Below the pieces are notes generated by a model. The model did not search any database. It saw only the letters and a list, made by a program, of their open reading frames with translations, and had not been told where the DNA came from. Positions 17,851 through 27,483 of a stretch of DNA of 39,167 bases are shown piece by piece. The DNA lies in assembly GCA_041484255.1 (NCBI GenBank), contig JBGPHE010000003.1:1-39167 (forward strand), read 5' to 3'. Position 1 is the first letter of the stretch; each line of letters starts with the position of its first letter. Origin of the DNA: Candidatus Nanoarchaeia archaeon. GTDB lineage: Archaea; Nanobdellota; Nanobdellia; Woesearchaeales; ARS49. The position numbers and the translations under genes were made by a program.

Positions 17851-18738
17851 ATGGCACAAGACACGTATCTTGACTTTCCGTGCGACCTATGCGGAAGCAC
17901 GGACGGCTACGAAGTGCCGCACGTCCGCGAATACACCGGCGGCCAGCTGGTGCACATTTGCAAGAAGTGCGGGCTCATCCACGCGAAGAAGCGTCGCTCT
18001 GCCGAGCGCATCGCCGAGGTCTGGAACACCGAACTGTTCGGCGACCCGAATGTGCTTACGCAGCGCAGCTATTCTGCGCGCAATCCGCACGTCAAGTCGC
18101 GTATGGTCTACATCGCGGAGTTCATCAACAAGCAGGTGGGGCTCAAGGGCAAGAAGGTGTGCGACATCGGCGCGGGCGAAGGACAATTCTTCGAGCTCAT
18201 CAAACCGATGGGTGCGGAGGTCTTCGGCGTCGAGCCGTCGCCTCAAAACTGCGCCTTGCTTGCGCAATCAGGTTTCCCGTACTTCCAAGGCACCATCGAG
18301 CAGTATGCCGAGCATCGAAAGAAGACCGGCGACGCATCCTTGTTCGATGTCGCCACCATGATGTTCACGGTGGAATGCACGCAGAAGCCGCTCGTGATGA
18401 TGCAGGTCGCGCACGGCCTCCTCAAGGACGGCGGCCACATTGCGGTTCATATGGGCAGCCGCATCCTTGTCCCGTTCAAGAAGCCCGTGCAGTGCTTCTT
18501 CAGTCATTGCCCGGTGGATACCCACCCCGTGCACCTCAGCTTCAACACGCTCAAAGGCCTGCTCGCGGTCGCGGGTTTCGAGGTCGCGCATGTCAACCCG
18601 TATGTGGAGAACGACAACCTCTGCGTGATCGCCAAGAAGATGCCCAAGGGAAGCAAGATCGAATGGCAGGGCGATGATTACTTGAAAGTCGCGGATTTCT
18701 TCGAGCGCTGGCACAAAGAAAGCTTGCACTACCGCTGA
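17851..18738 (+). CDS. Class I SAM-dependent methyltransferase with N-terminal Zn site
   Basis: CDLCG...CKKCG, VCDIGAGEG, GVEPS. Confidence 0.87.
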   Translation: MAQDTYLDFPCDLCGSTDGYEVPHVREYTGGQLVHICKKCGLIHAKKRRSAERIAEVWNTELFGDPNVLTQRSYSARNPHVKSRMVYIAEFINKQVGLKGKKVCDIGAGEGQFFELIKPMGAEVFGVEPSPQNCALLAQSGFPYFQGTIEQYAEHRKKTGDASLFDVATMMFTVECTQKPLVMMQVAHGLLKDGGHIAVHMGSRILVPFKKPVQCFFSHCPVDTHPVHLSFNTLKGLLAVAGFEVAHVNPYVENDNLCVIAKKMPKGSKIEWQGDDYLKVADFFERWHKESLHYR

Positions 18739-18753
18739 CGGTGACGCACCGTC

Positions 18754-18768
18754 CATAAACTTTATAAG
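18754..18768 (+). promoter_or_regulatory. BRE/TATA element CATAAACTTTATAAG (copy 2)
   Basis: TTTATAAG ends 22 nt before ATG 18791. Confidence 0.72.
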
Positions 18769-18790
18769 GCAACTGCGTGGTATTCTCCGT

Positions 18791-19900
18791 ATGCAATATT
18801 GCAAAAAATGCCTGATGCCGAACTCGCGACCGCGTGTGGTGTTCGACGCTGCGGGTGTCTGCAATGCGTGCCGCCACGCGGAAAACAAGCATCAGCACAT
18901 AGACTGGGATGCGCGGCGCGAGGAGTTTCTCAAGCTCATTGCGCCGTACAAGTCCAAGGACAACAGGTGGGACTGCATCGTGCCATGGAGCGGCGGCAAG
19001 GACAGCAGCTCCATCGCGTACAAGCTCAAGTTCGAATTTGGCATGAACCCCTTGTTGGTCACGTTCTCGCCGCAGCTGCCCACCGACATCGGCAACTGGA
19101 ACCGCGAGCAGATGATCCAGCTCGGCTTTGACCACATCTTCTTCCGGCCCGACCAGAAAGTGCACCGCGCCCTGTCGCGGCGCTTCTTCATCGAACGCGG
19201 CAACCAGAAGGTGCCGTGGGATGCGGGCGTGAATGCGATTCCCGTCCAGGTTGCCGTGAAGTTCGGCATCCCGCTCGTGTTCTACGCCGAACACGGCGAG
19301 AGCGAGTACGGGGGCAAGGTGCTGAGCCCGGAACACCAGAAGATGCGCGACTTCACCGAAGTGCTGGAGAACCAGGTCGGCGACGACGCGCGCAACTGGG
19401 TGGACAGCACGATCGCGCTCAAGGACCTAAACCCGTATATCTATCCCGACCTCGATGCGGTCAAGCGCGTGGGCGTCAAGGCGATGTACTTCGGCTACTT
19501 CTTCAAATGGAGCATGTTCAACAATTACGAGTTCCTCAAGACCAAGATCGACTTCAAGACGCACCCCGCGGGCCGCACGCCGGGCACGTTCACGAACTTC
19601 GACAGTTTGGACGACAAGTCCGACAACCTCTATTATTACATGCAGTACGTCAAGTTCGGCTTCGGTAGGGCGGTCCGCGACGTCTCGCGCCTCATCCAGA
19701 ACAACCAGATGACGCGCGAAGAAGGGCTTGGGATTGCGCGGCAGTACGACGGCGAATTCTGCGACGAGCACCTGCAGGACATGTTGGACTACCTCAGACT
19801 GACGCGTCAGGAGTTTACCGAGATCGTAGACAAGCACCGCAATCCTGAAATCTGGGTGCAGAAAGGCAAACAGTGGAGTCTCAAGCACCCTCTGCAATGA
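18791..19900 (+). CDS. N-acetyl sugar amidotransferase (WbuX/PseA family)
   Basis: YCKKC.MPNSRP...GVCNAC, DCIVPWSGGKDSS (PP-loop), YVKFGFGRA, MTREEG. Confidence 0.93.
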   Translation: MQYCKKCLMPNSRPRVVFDAAGVCNACRHAENKHQHIDWDARREEFLKLIAPYKSKDNRWDCIVPWSGGKDSSSIAYKLKFEFGMNPLLVTFSPQLPTDIGNWNREQMIQLGFDHIFFRPDQKVHRALSRRFFIERGNQKVPWDAGVNAIPVQVAVKFGIPLVFYAEHGESEYGGKVLSPEHQKMRDFTEVLENQVGDDARNWVDSTIALKDLNPYIYPDLDAVKRVGVKAMYFGYFFKWSMFNNYEFLKTKIDFKTHPAGRTPGTFTNFDSLDDKSDNLYYYMQYVKFGFGRAVRDVSRLIQNNQMTREEGLGIARQYDGEFCDEHLQDMLDYLRLTRQEFTEIVDKHRNPEIWVQKGKQWSLKHPLQ

Positions 19901-20511
19901 TTGTCGTCATCGATTACGGACTCGGCAACATCCACTCAGTCATCGGCGCAGTCGAAAAACTTGGCCATACAGCAATCGCGTCCAGCACAATCGAAGACAT
20001 GCAGAAGGCCGACAAGCTGATTCTTCCCGGTGTCGGCGCATTCGGCGACGGCATGGCCAACCTGAAGAAGCTCGGGCTGATTGAGCCGTTGACCAAGCTC
20101 GTGGTCGAGGGCAAAAAGCCCATCTTGGGCATCTGCCTGGGCTGCCAATTGCTATGCAACGACAGCGAGGAGTTCGGCAAGCACCAAGGACTTGGCTGGA
20201 TCAACGCCTCGGTCAAGCGGCTGCAGCCCGGCGACAAGAATCTCCGCGTGCCGCACGTCGGCTGGGACGGCCTCGCGCAGGTCAAGCAAAGCCCGCTCTT
20301 CAATGACGTTCCCGCAGACGCCTTGTTCTACTACACGCACAGCTACGCGCCCTACTGCAACGACTCTGCGCTCGCGCTCGGGCAGTGCGACTACGGCGGC
20401 GCCTTTGACGCGGTCGTCAGGAAGGACAACATCTACGGAACGCAGTTCCATCCGGAAAAAAGCCAGAAGCATGGCCTCCAGTTGCTCAAGAATTTCCTCG
20501 AAAAATGCTGA
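19897..20511 (+). CDS. HisH-like class I glutaminase (WbuY-type)
   Basis: IDYGLGN, LPGVGAF, LGICLG, PHVGW, QFHPEKS; ATGA overlap with the amidotransferase gene. Confidence 0.92.
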   Translation: MIVVIDYGLGNIHSVIGAVEKLGHTAIASSTIEDMQKADKLILPGVGAFGDGMANLKKLGLIEPLTKLVVEGKKPILGICLGCQLLCNDSEEFGKHQGLGWINASVKRLQPGDKNLRVPHVGWDGLAQVKQSPLFNDVPADALFYYTHSYAPYCNDSALALGQCDYGGAFDAVVRKDNIYGTQFHPEKSQKHGLQLLKNFLEKC

Positions 20512-21251
20512 AAAAAAGACTCATCACCGTGCTGACGTTCAACGACGGAGTCCTGTTCCGCACGCGGGACTTCAAGCCCGACTACCGCTATACGCTGAGC
20601 TTTGTGGACGCGTGGAGCGTGGACGAGATCGCCCTGCTGAACGTGACGCGGCCGCGCGGTGCGGGCCAGGCGCGCTTTGAGGAGGTCGTCCAGCAGTTCG
20701 CGCGCAAGTGCTTTGTCCCGCTCGCGGCCGGCGGCAACATCCGCACGATCGAGGACGTCACGCGGCTGCTCAGAATCGGCGCGGACAAGGTCATCATCAA
20801 CACGGAAGCCATCGCGCGGCCGGAATTCATCACCGAGATTGCGCAGCAGTTCGGCGCGCAATGCGCAGTCGTGTGCATCGACGCCAAGAAGAAGCCCGAC
20901 GGCGGCTACGAGGTGTACACAGAGTTCGGAAGCAAGCCGACCGGCATGGATCCGGTCAGCTGGGCGAAGAAGGCGGCTTCGTTAGGTGCCGGCGAGATCA
21001 TCATCCAGTCCATCGACCGCGACGGCACGCTGGAGGGCTATGACAACGAGCTGAACAGGATGGTCGCGGACGCCGTGCGCATTCCGGTGACCGTATGCGG
21101 CGGGGCAGGCGCCTGGCCGCATTTCGTGGACGGGTTCGAGAAGGGCCACGCATCGGCGGTCTGCACGACCAACATCTACCATTTCACCGAGACCAGCATC
21201 ACGAGCGCAAAAACTTTCCTGAAGAATGCGGGCATCGACGTCCGCGTCTAA
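20505..21251 (+). CDS. HisF-like cyclase-fold protein (WbuZ-type)
   Basis: MLKKRLI, PLAAGGNIR, GADKVIINT, GAGEI..SIDRDGT..GYD; lacks the canonical HisF CLD motif. Confidence 0.9.
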   Translation: MLKKRLITVLTFNDGVLFRTRDFKPDYRYTLSFVDAWSVDEIALLNVTRPRGAGQARFEEVVQQFARKCFVPLAAGGNIRTIEDVTRLLRIGADKVIINTEAIARPEFITEIAQQFGAQCAVVCIDAKKKPDGGYEVYTEFGSKPTGMDPVSWAKKAASLGAGEIIIQSIDRDGTLEGYDNELNRMVADAVRIPVTVCGGAGAWPHFVDGFEKGHASAVCTTNIYHFTETSITSAKTFLKNAGIDVRV

Positions 21252-22723
21252 CCGAACCACGCCGGCAGCCTGAGCAGGCTCTTTGCGACGCCGAACTCCT
21301 TCTTGTCGAATACGCGGAACAACAGCACAAGGACGCCGTAGAGCGCCGCGCCCGTTGCGATGGTGAGCAACTTGGTCCAGAAGACGTGCGGCGTGATGAA
21401 CAGGAGCGCGCCCGCCATGAGCATCCCTGCGAGGAGTATGCGGAAGAAGCGGATGAATCCGAAATCGACCGCGATGTCCTTGCGCACGTTCCAGAGGAGG
21501 AGCAGGAAGACGAGCGCGAAGCTGATGACGGTCGCCCAGGCCGCCCCGATGACGCCGATGCGCGGGATGAGCACGAAGTTCAGGACGGTATTGAGGACGC
21601 CGCCGCACAGGTAGACGCCTGCGAGCAGGCCGGTCCGCGCGCGCAGGAGCAGCATCTGGTTGAGCAGGTAGTTGAGCGCGGCGAACGGAATGAAGAAGGC
21701 AAGCACGGGGATGATGCTGGCTGCGGGAAGATACGCCTGGCCTGACACCAGCGTGATGATCTCATTGCGCATAACGATGAACCCGAAAAAGCTGGGGACG
21801 AGGACGAGGAGCGTGTATTTGACAGCCATATTGAAGAACGTGTGGTGTTCCCTGCGCCGGTTCCACGCCTCGGCGAGATACGGGTAGAGCGTGATGGGAA
21901 GCACAATGCTTACATTGAGCGCGACGCCGAGCAGCGAATACGCAAGGCTGTACTGCGCGACCTGCTCCTTGCCGAGGAAGTAGTTGATGACATATCGGTC
22001 GCCGATCTCCATCGCCCACGAGCTCACGGTCATCGCGAGCAGGGGCAGCCCAAAAATCAGCGCGTGCCGGATACAGCGCGCCTGGAAGCCCATGCGCAAA
22101 AACCGGAGGAGGTCGCGCCAGAGCATGCCGGAGCCGATGAGCCCTGTCATGGCGATGCCGAGAAAATAGATGACCATGACCGTACGCAGCGTGAGCGCGT
22201 GCACGCCGAGCACCCAGATGCCGAGCGCGGCGATCCAGAACACCTGCTGGAAGGTGGTGAAGAGGTTGTAGAGCACGATGCGCTTCTGCGCGAACAGGTA
22301 AGCGTGGAACAGCCGCAAGAGGCTCGCGATGAGGATGATGCCGACCGCGAGGAGGAACTCGGGAAGCATACCCTGCAGGCGCAGCAGGCCCAGCGCGAGC
22401 GAGCGCACCGGAGGAATGAGCAGCAGCAAGACGAGCGCGAACACGAGAAGTACTTGCAGGAAGAACAGCGTGAAGAACACGCCAATGCGGTGTCGCTTCT
22501 CCGTGCCCGGCAGTTTGACTTGGAGATAGTCCGTGAAGCCGATGTTCAGCAGCACGGCTCCCACGCTGATGGTAACCTGCAGCAGCGTGAAGACACCGTA
22601 GTCCGCGACCGGAAGAAAGCGGGTGAGCAGCACGACAAGCAGGGGATTGGCGAGAAACACCAGGAAGAACGAAAGATAGGACACGCCGATATTGCGGCCG
22701 ATGGTAACGTATCGTTTCATCAT
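21248..22723 (-). CDS. Wzx/MOP-family polysaccharide flippase
   Basis: About 14 hydrophobic segments; LTRFL..ADYG, DRYVI..FLG...V..YSLAY, NFVLIPRIGVIGAAWAT. Confidence 0.9.
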   Translation of the reverse strand: MMKRYVTIGRNIGVSYLSFFLVFLANPLLVVLLTRFLPVADYGVFTLLQVTISVGAVLLNIGFTDYLQVKLPGTEKRHRIGVFFTLFFLQVLLVFALVLLLLIPPVRSLALGLLRLQGMLPEFLLAVGIILIASLLRLFHAYLFAQKRIVLYNLFTTFQQVFWIAALGIWVLGVHALTLRTVMVIYFLGIAMTGLIGSGMLWRDLLRFLRMGFQARCIRHALIFGLPLLAMTVSSWAMEIGDRYVINYFLGKEQVAQYSLAYSLLGVALNVSIVLPITLYPYLAEAWNRRREHHTFFNMAVKYTLLVLVPSFFGFIVMRNEIITLVSGQAYLPAASIIPVLAFFIPFAALNYLLNQMLLLRARTGLLAGVYLCGGVLNTVLNFVLIPRIGVIGAAWATVISFALVFLLLLWNVRKDIAVDFGFIRFFRILLAGMLMAGALLFITPHVFWTKLLTIATGAALYGVLVLLFRVFDKKEFGVAKSLLRLPAWFG

Positions 22724-22743
22724 GCATCCTGCGGTCGGAAGCG

Positions 22744-22785
22744 CATTTAAACGTTTCGGAACAGTACGACCATAAAGTTTAAAAG
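22744..22785. promoter_or_regulatory. Divergent TATA boxes: TTTAAATG (- strand, 22751-22744) and TTTAAAAG (+ strand, 22778-22785)
   Basis: 20-23 nt from the flippase and GT-C start codons; CATAAAG precedes the + strand box. Confidence 0.7.
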
Positions 22786-22807
22786 TGCAGGCGCGCGGGA
22801 ATAACCC

Positions 22808-24562
22808 GTGGAATCATCTCAGTACGGAGAGGGTGCAACGCAGAAGAACCGATTGGCGCGCATTCCGTTTCAAATCAAGGCTGCGGCGCTCGTCCTGCTC
22901 ATCTATCTGGGCATCGCGTTCTCGTTGTACGCGAAGCTGAAGCATTTGCCTGGACCGTATTATGGCGGCGATTTGTACTCGCACCACGGCTTCGCGCTGA
23001 ATTATATCACGAATGGCTTTTGGACCGACCCGTTCTTCGTTCATAATTACGCATTTTACCCGTGGCTGGGCAATTACCTCTTTATCGCGTTGCACGGGGT
23101 GACGGGAATGAGCCTGATGAACGCGGAAATATATGTGGGTCTGCTCACGGTGACGCTCTCGGCCGTCGCATATTACTTCCTTGGCTGGCAGCTCTTCAAA
23201 AATCACACGTGGGCGTTTGTCTTTTTCCTGCTTTCGCTGGTGACGCGCGGCATTCCTGACGGCGCCCCGAATCTCGTGCCGTGGATGATCACAATTCCGT
23301 TCTGGTTTGCGTTCTGGCTGCGCGCGGAGGAAACGCACGCGACGCGCGACAAGGTGCTTGCGGGCGTCTTTATGGGTTGCACGGCACTGGCGCACGTCGC
23401 GTATTTCCTTGCGGCGATGGCGGTGTTTGGCTTGACCATTGTCGTGGAGACGATACGCCTGCGAAAATGGAAGGACGCGATCAAGACCTATGTTCCGATG
23501 CTCGCGGTCGGCTTTGTCGTCTCGTTGCTCTTTTACGGCCCGATTCTCGTGCGCTATCACGCGAAAACACTGAACCCGCTGTTTGACTACAACGGCCCGG
23601 ACATCAGCACGCTCGGCATCGGCTGGATGTTCACGACGCTGTATCATTACACGTTCGACACGTCGACGCTTGCGACGACAATCCTGAGCGTGCTGACCGT
23701 GCTCGGCCTGCTCGTGTGCGCGATGAACTGGGGCAAGAAGACCGCGCGGTATGCGCTCGTGTGGTATGTCGCTGGTGCGCTTGCGCCGGTGCACCACTTG
23801 ATTACGCGCCCATTGCTCGGCAAGGGCGTCCTGCCGGGCCACTTGTGGGGCATCGAATTCTCGTTGCTTATTTTTGCAGTATATGGTATGCGCACGGTCG
23901 CGCAGTATGCTGAGAAGAAGTGGCCCCAAGCGAACGCGCAGCGCGTCATTATTGCAGGCGTGCTCATCCTGTCCGCGTCCCTGTACTCCGCCCAGTATGA
24001 GAACTACAACAACAATCCGTGGACGCAGTTCGGCGAGCGGCTGGACCCGACCACGCAGGCGTGGCTGTCTGCCGGCGACTGGATGCGCGCGCACACGAAC
24101 ATCAATGACGTCGTGCTGAGCGGCGACGAGACCTGCTTCGCGATGAACGGCGTTTCCGGCAGGAAGTGCGTGTTCGTGCGCAGGACGCACGCGAATTACT
24201 TTGTGGACGTCGAGCAGCGCTACGCGGACGGCATCGTGATGCTGTACGGCAACGACAGCGCGCTGACCAAAAAGCTGCTGAACGACTACCAGGTCGACTA
24301 CGTGATGGTCGACGCGTACATGAAACAGTTCCCGATCCTGGTAGATGCAAAATTCGAGAACTATTTAACACAAAACAATGTAAGCTTCTCAAAGGTGAGA
24401 GAACGCAAAGATCCTGCGACGCCCAACGCTGCAGTCTTCGACATGCTCAGCGTCTCTGTTCAGCCGCTGAACAAGGAGTTGGAGTCGAGGCTCAGCGAGG
24501 TCGCGCACTTTGACGTGGGCAACCAGCCATACATCAGGTTATTCCGCAATGGGCCCCAATAA
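22808..24562 (+). CDS. Polytopic membrane protein, probable GT-C glycosyltransferase with C-terminal extracellular domain
   Basis: About 11-13 TM segments; acidic first loop (GGDLY..H, YPW); C-terminal WMRAHT..NDVVLS...GRK.V and LL.DYQVDYV recall AglB/STT3-type domains, but there is no WWDYG. Confidence 0.65.
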   Translation: MESSQYGEGATQKNRLARIPFQIKAAALVLLIYLGIAFSLYAKLKHLPGPYYGGDLYSHHGFALNYITNGFWTDPFFVHNYAFYPWLGNYLFIALHGVTGMSLMNAEIYVGLLTVTLSAVAYYFLGWQLFKNHTWAFVFFLLSLVTRGIPDGAPNLVPWMITIPFWFAFWLRAEETHATRDKVLAGVFMGCTALAHVAYFLAAMAVFGLTIVVETIRLRKWKDAIKTYVPMLAVGFVVSLLFYGPILVRYHAKTLNPLFDYNGPDISTLGIGWMFTTLYHYTFDTSTLATTILSVLTVLGLLVCAMNWGKKTARYALVWYVAGALAPVHHLITRPLLGKGVLPGHLWGIEFSLLIFAVYGMRTVAQYAEKKWPQANAQRVIIAGVLILSASLYSAQYENYNNNPWTQFGERLDPTTQAWLSAGDWMRAHTNINDVVLSGDETCFAMNGVSGRKCVFVRRTHANYFVDVEQRYADGIVMLYGNDSALTKKLLNDYQVDYVMVDAYMKQFPILVDAKFENYLTQNNVSFSKVRERKDPATPNAAVFDMLSVSVQPLNKELESRLSEVAHFDVGNQPYIRLFRNGPQ

Positions 24563-24598
24563 AAATCTTTATATAGAGCACTCGGGGAATTGACGAAC

Positions 24599-25468
24599 AT
24601 GCGCAAACAAAAGTTCGAGCACAATGTATGCAACTTGTGCGGGGCCGACGACACGATCACGCTGTATGTCACGAAAGGCAAGTCTAAATTTTCGTACCCT
24701 CACCCGCTCCCCTATGTGAAATGCACCCAGTGCGGGCTGGTGTACACGAACCCACGGCCGCCAAAGGAAATCATCGAGGAGCAATATGAATCAGAGCACT
24801 ACCGCGACCAGCTGCCCAAGGATGCTGCCCGCTATCTGCGCAAAATCCTGACCAACAGCGTCAACCGTCTCGTGTTCGTGGAAAAGTACAAAAAAGGTTC
24901 GCGCCTGCTCGATGTGGGGTGCGCGCAAGGCAATTTCATCTCGGTTGCGCGGCTCAAAGGATGGGATACGTATGGCGTTGAGGTTTCCAAGAAGTTCTCG
25001 AGCATCGCGAAGGACTTGTTTAAGCTTAACGTGTTCACCGGAACGCTTGAAGACCAGACGTTCGAGCCGGAATTCTTCGATGTTATTACTTGCTTCGACG
25101 TGATCGAGCACCTGCGCGACCCTTTCGCATACTTGAAGCATTGCCACGCGCTGCTGAAGAAAGGGGGCATCTTCCTGGCGGAAACCTGCAATGTGCGCTC
25201 CCTTCATCAACTGGTGCTCGGCAAGCGATGGCAGTCGGATCCGTCTCAACACTTGTACCTTTTCACCCCGAAGACCTTACGCAAGATAGCGGAAAAGGCA
25301 GGGTTCTCGGTCATCACGATCAACCATCGCACCGGCTGGGAATCGATCTTTGCAAAGACGGATATTAATGAAGGCCCTTTCCGCTATATCACAAGCTTAG
25401 CGTTCCGCATCGCATCCCGGCTGCTCAGAAAGGAAGCGATGATCGTGCTGGTCGCGGTGAAAAAGTAA
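24599..25468 (+). CDS. Class I SAM-dependent methyltransferase with N-terminal Zn site
   Basis: CNLCG...CTQCG.VYTNPRP, LLDVGCAQG, FDVITCFDVIEH, HLYLFT; TTTATATA at 24568-24575. Confidence 0.9.
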   Translation: MRKQKFEHNVCNLCGADDTITLYVTKGKSKFSYPHPLPYVKCTQCGLVYTNPRPPKEIIEEQYESEHYRDQLPKDAARYLRKILTNSVNRLVFVEKYKKGSRLLDVGCAQGNFISVARLKGWDTYGVEVSKKFSSIAKDLFKLNVFTGTLEDQTFEPEFFDVITCFDVIEHLRDPFAYLKHCHALLKKGGIFLAETCNVRSLHQLVLGKRWQSDPSQHLYLFTPKTLRKIAEKAGFSVITINHRTGWESIFAKTDINEGPFRYITSLAFRIASRLLRKEAMIVLVAVKK

Positions 25469-25507
25469 GAAGATTTAAAAGAAGCCCGCAGTGTTCTCGT
25501 CGTGAAG

Positions 25508-26554
25508 ATGGCGCAGAAACAACTCACATTCCTGATCACCGGCGGCGCCGGCTTTCTCGGCCACAATCTCGCGCGCTACTTGCTTGCCAAAGGGCAGAAA
25601 GTGCGCACGGTAGATCTCGGTCCGTTTGACTATCCTGAAATCAAGGGCGTCCAGCACTTCCAGGGCGACATCCGCAACAAGGACGTCTTGCGCCGCGCCG
25701 CAGCAGGCGTCGATGTTATCGTCCACTGCGCCGCGGGCTTGCCGCTGTGGAAGCCGCAGGAAATCAAGTCCGTGAACATCAACGGCACCAAAACAGTGCT
25801 TGAGGTCGCGCACGAGCTCGGCATCGAGCGCGTCATTCACATTTCTTCGACTGCAGTGTACGGCATTCCTGACCATCACCCGCTCGTTGAAGGTGACAAG
25901 CTGCAGGGCGTCGGTCCGTATGGCTACAGCAAGGTTGTCGCGGAGAAAGTCTGCGAATCCTACCGCAAAGTCATGTGCGTTCCGATGCTTCGCCCGAAGT
26001 CATTCATCGGCGCGGGCCGTTTGGGCGTGTTTGACGTGCTGTTCGACTGGATCCGGCGCGGCAAGAACATCCCAATCGTCGGCTGGGGCAACAATCTTTA
26101 CCAATTATTGCACGTTGAGGACTTGAACCAGGCAATCTGGCTCGTCTCGACCGCTCCCGCGAAGATTGCGAACGACACGTTCAATATCGGCGCGGAAAAG
26201 TTCGGCACGATGAAGAAGGACTATCAAGCCTTGCTGAATTATGCGGGCTTCCACAAGCGCGTCATCGGCACGTCGCCGTTCCTCGTCATCAATGCGCTCC
26301 GCGTGCTTGAATTCTTCAAGCTCTCGCCGTTGTACAAGTGGGTGTATGAGACTGCGGACAAGGATTCGTTCGTTTCCATCGAGAAGGCGAAGAAAGTGCT
26401 CGGCTTCAGGCCGAAGTACAGCAATGTAGATGCGCTCATTGACAGCTATAAGTGGTATGTGCAGCACTACAAGGAATATCAGGGCAAGTCAGGCGTCACG
26501 CACCGCGTTCCGTGGAAGCAGGGCGCACTCGTGATTATTCGCGCGTTCTTTTAA
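25508..26554 (+). CDS. NAD-dependent epimerase/dehydratase (3-beta-HSD-like extended SDR)
   Basis: LITGGAGFLG, HISSTAVYG, YGYSK; start at ATG 25508 or GTG 25502. Confidence 0.9.
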   Translation: MAQKQLTFLITGGAGFLGHNLARYLLAKGQKVRTVDLGPFDYPEIKGVQHFQGDIRNKDVLRRAAAGVDVIVHCAAGLPLWKPQEIKSVNINGTKTVLEVAHELGIERVIHISSTAVYGIPDHHPLVEGDKLQGVGPYGYSKVVAEKVCESYRKVMCVPMLRPKSFIGAGRLGVFDVLFDWIRRGKNIPIVGWGNNLYQLLHVEDLNQAIWLVSTAPAKIANDTFNIGAEKFGTMKKDYQALLNYAGFHKRVIGTSPFLVINALRVLEFFKLSPLYKWVYETADKDSFVSIEKAKKVLGFRPKYSNVDALIDSYKWYVQHYKEYQGKSGVTHRVPWKQGALVIIRAFF

Positions 26555-27483
26555 TGCGGAGAAACCATTTCTTTTGCGTACTTTGAATAAGGACTGTGCC
26601 ACGTCTTGTGAATAGCTTCCTTGAACGGCGTGTATTTCACGCCGAACTCTGCTGACCAGTTCTCGACGGGGAATTCGTCGCCGGCGACCAGCGCCTGCAT
26701 TTGTTCGGGTGTGAAGACGGTTTTGCGCGTGATGAACGAGTACACGCGGAGCATCAGCGCGAAAACAGGCAGCGGAAGCGGAAGAAAGACACGCTTCCAG
26801 CCGCGCGTTGTGCAAATAATCTTGAGCATGTCGATGTACGGTATCTTTTCGTGGCCGATAATGTTCCAAATCTTGTTTTCGGGCTTGCGTTTCGTCAAAG
26901 CAACAATGACATTGCACATGTCGTTGACATACAGCGGCTGACGCAAGTACTTTCCCGAGCCAGGAACAGGAACAATCGGTATTTTTTCCATAAAGCGCGT
27001 AATCCAGCCCAAATGCTTGGCGTCAAAGCAGCCGTACATGAGCGGCGGGCGCAGAATCGTGTGCGGAACGCGGCTTTTCACCACAAGTTCTTCGCCTGCG
27101 CGCTTGGTGCGCGTGTATTCGTCCTTCGCGACGGAAATAACGACCGATGAGCTCAGGTGAATGAGATTCTTGACCTTGTTTTTCTCGCACACGGCAAGAA
27201 TGTTCTTGACGCCCTGCACGTTGCTCTGCACGAACGGTCCGGCAGACGCTGCGGCAATCTGCGCGTGCAACTGAACGACGCAGTCTGCGCCCTTGAACGC
27301 GTCTTCCCACGAGCCGTGCGTGCTGACATCAGCAGTGATGCACTGAACAGAAGGATTGAGCTGCTGCAACAAGCGGATATTTCTGTTTCTATCAATAGCG
27401 GTAACACGGTAGCCTTGCTTCACCAGCAGCGGAACGAGATTCTGGCCGACAAGTCCTGCTGCGCCGGTCACAATAACCTTCAT
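26551..27483 (-). CDS. NAD-dependent epimerase/reductase (atypical SDR)
   Basis: VTGAAGLVG, HLSSSVV, YTRTK, LRPPLMYG, PGSGKYLRQPLYV.D. Confidence 0.88.
   Translation of the reverse strand: MKVIVTGAAGLVGQNLVPLLVKQGYRVTAIDRNRNIRLLQQLNPSVQCITADVSTHGSWEDAFKGADCVVQLHAQIAAASAGPFVQSNVQGVKNILAVCEKNKVKNLIHLSSSVVISVAKDEYTRTKRAGEELVVKSRVPHTILRPPLMYGCFDAKHLGWITRFMEKIPIVPVPGSGKYLRQPLYVNDMCNVIVALTKRKPENKIWNIIGHEKIPYIDMLKIICTTRGWKRVFLPLPLPVFALMLRVYSFITRKTVFTPEQMQALVAGDEFPVENWSAEFGVKYTPFKEAIHKTWHSPYSKYAKEMVSPH

Noticed and set aside
19897-21251. hisH/hisF as histidine biosynthesis genes
   Set aside because: Coupled to a WbuX-type gene, no other his genes present, and the HisF catalytic motif is altered
22808-24562. 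Oligosaccharyltransferase AglB
   Set aside because: No WWDYG motif; called only GT-C-like
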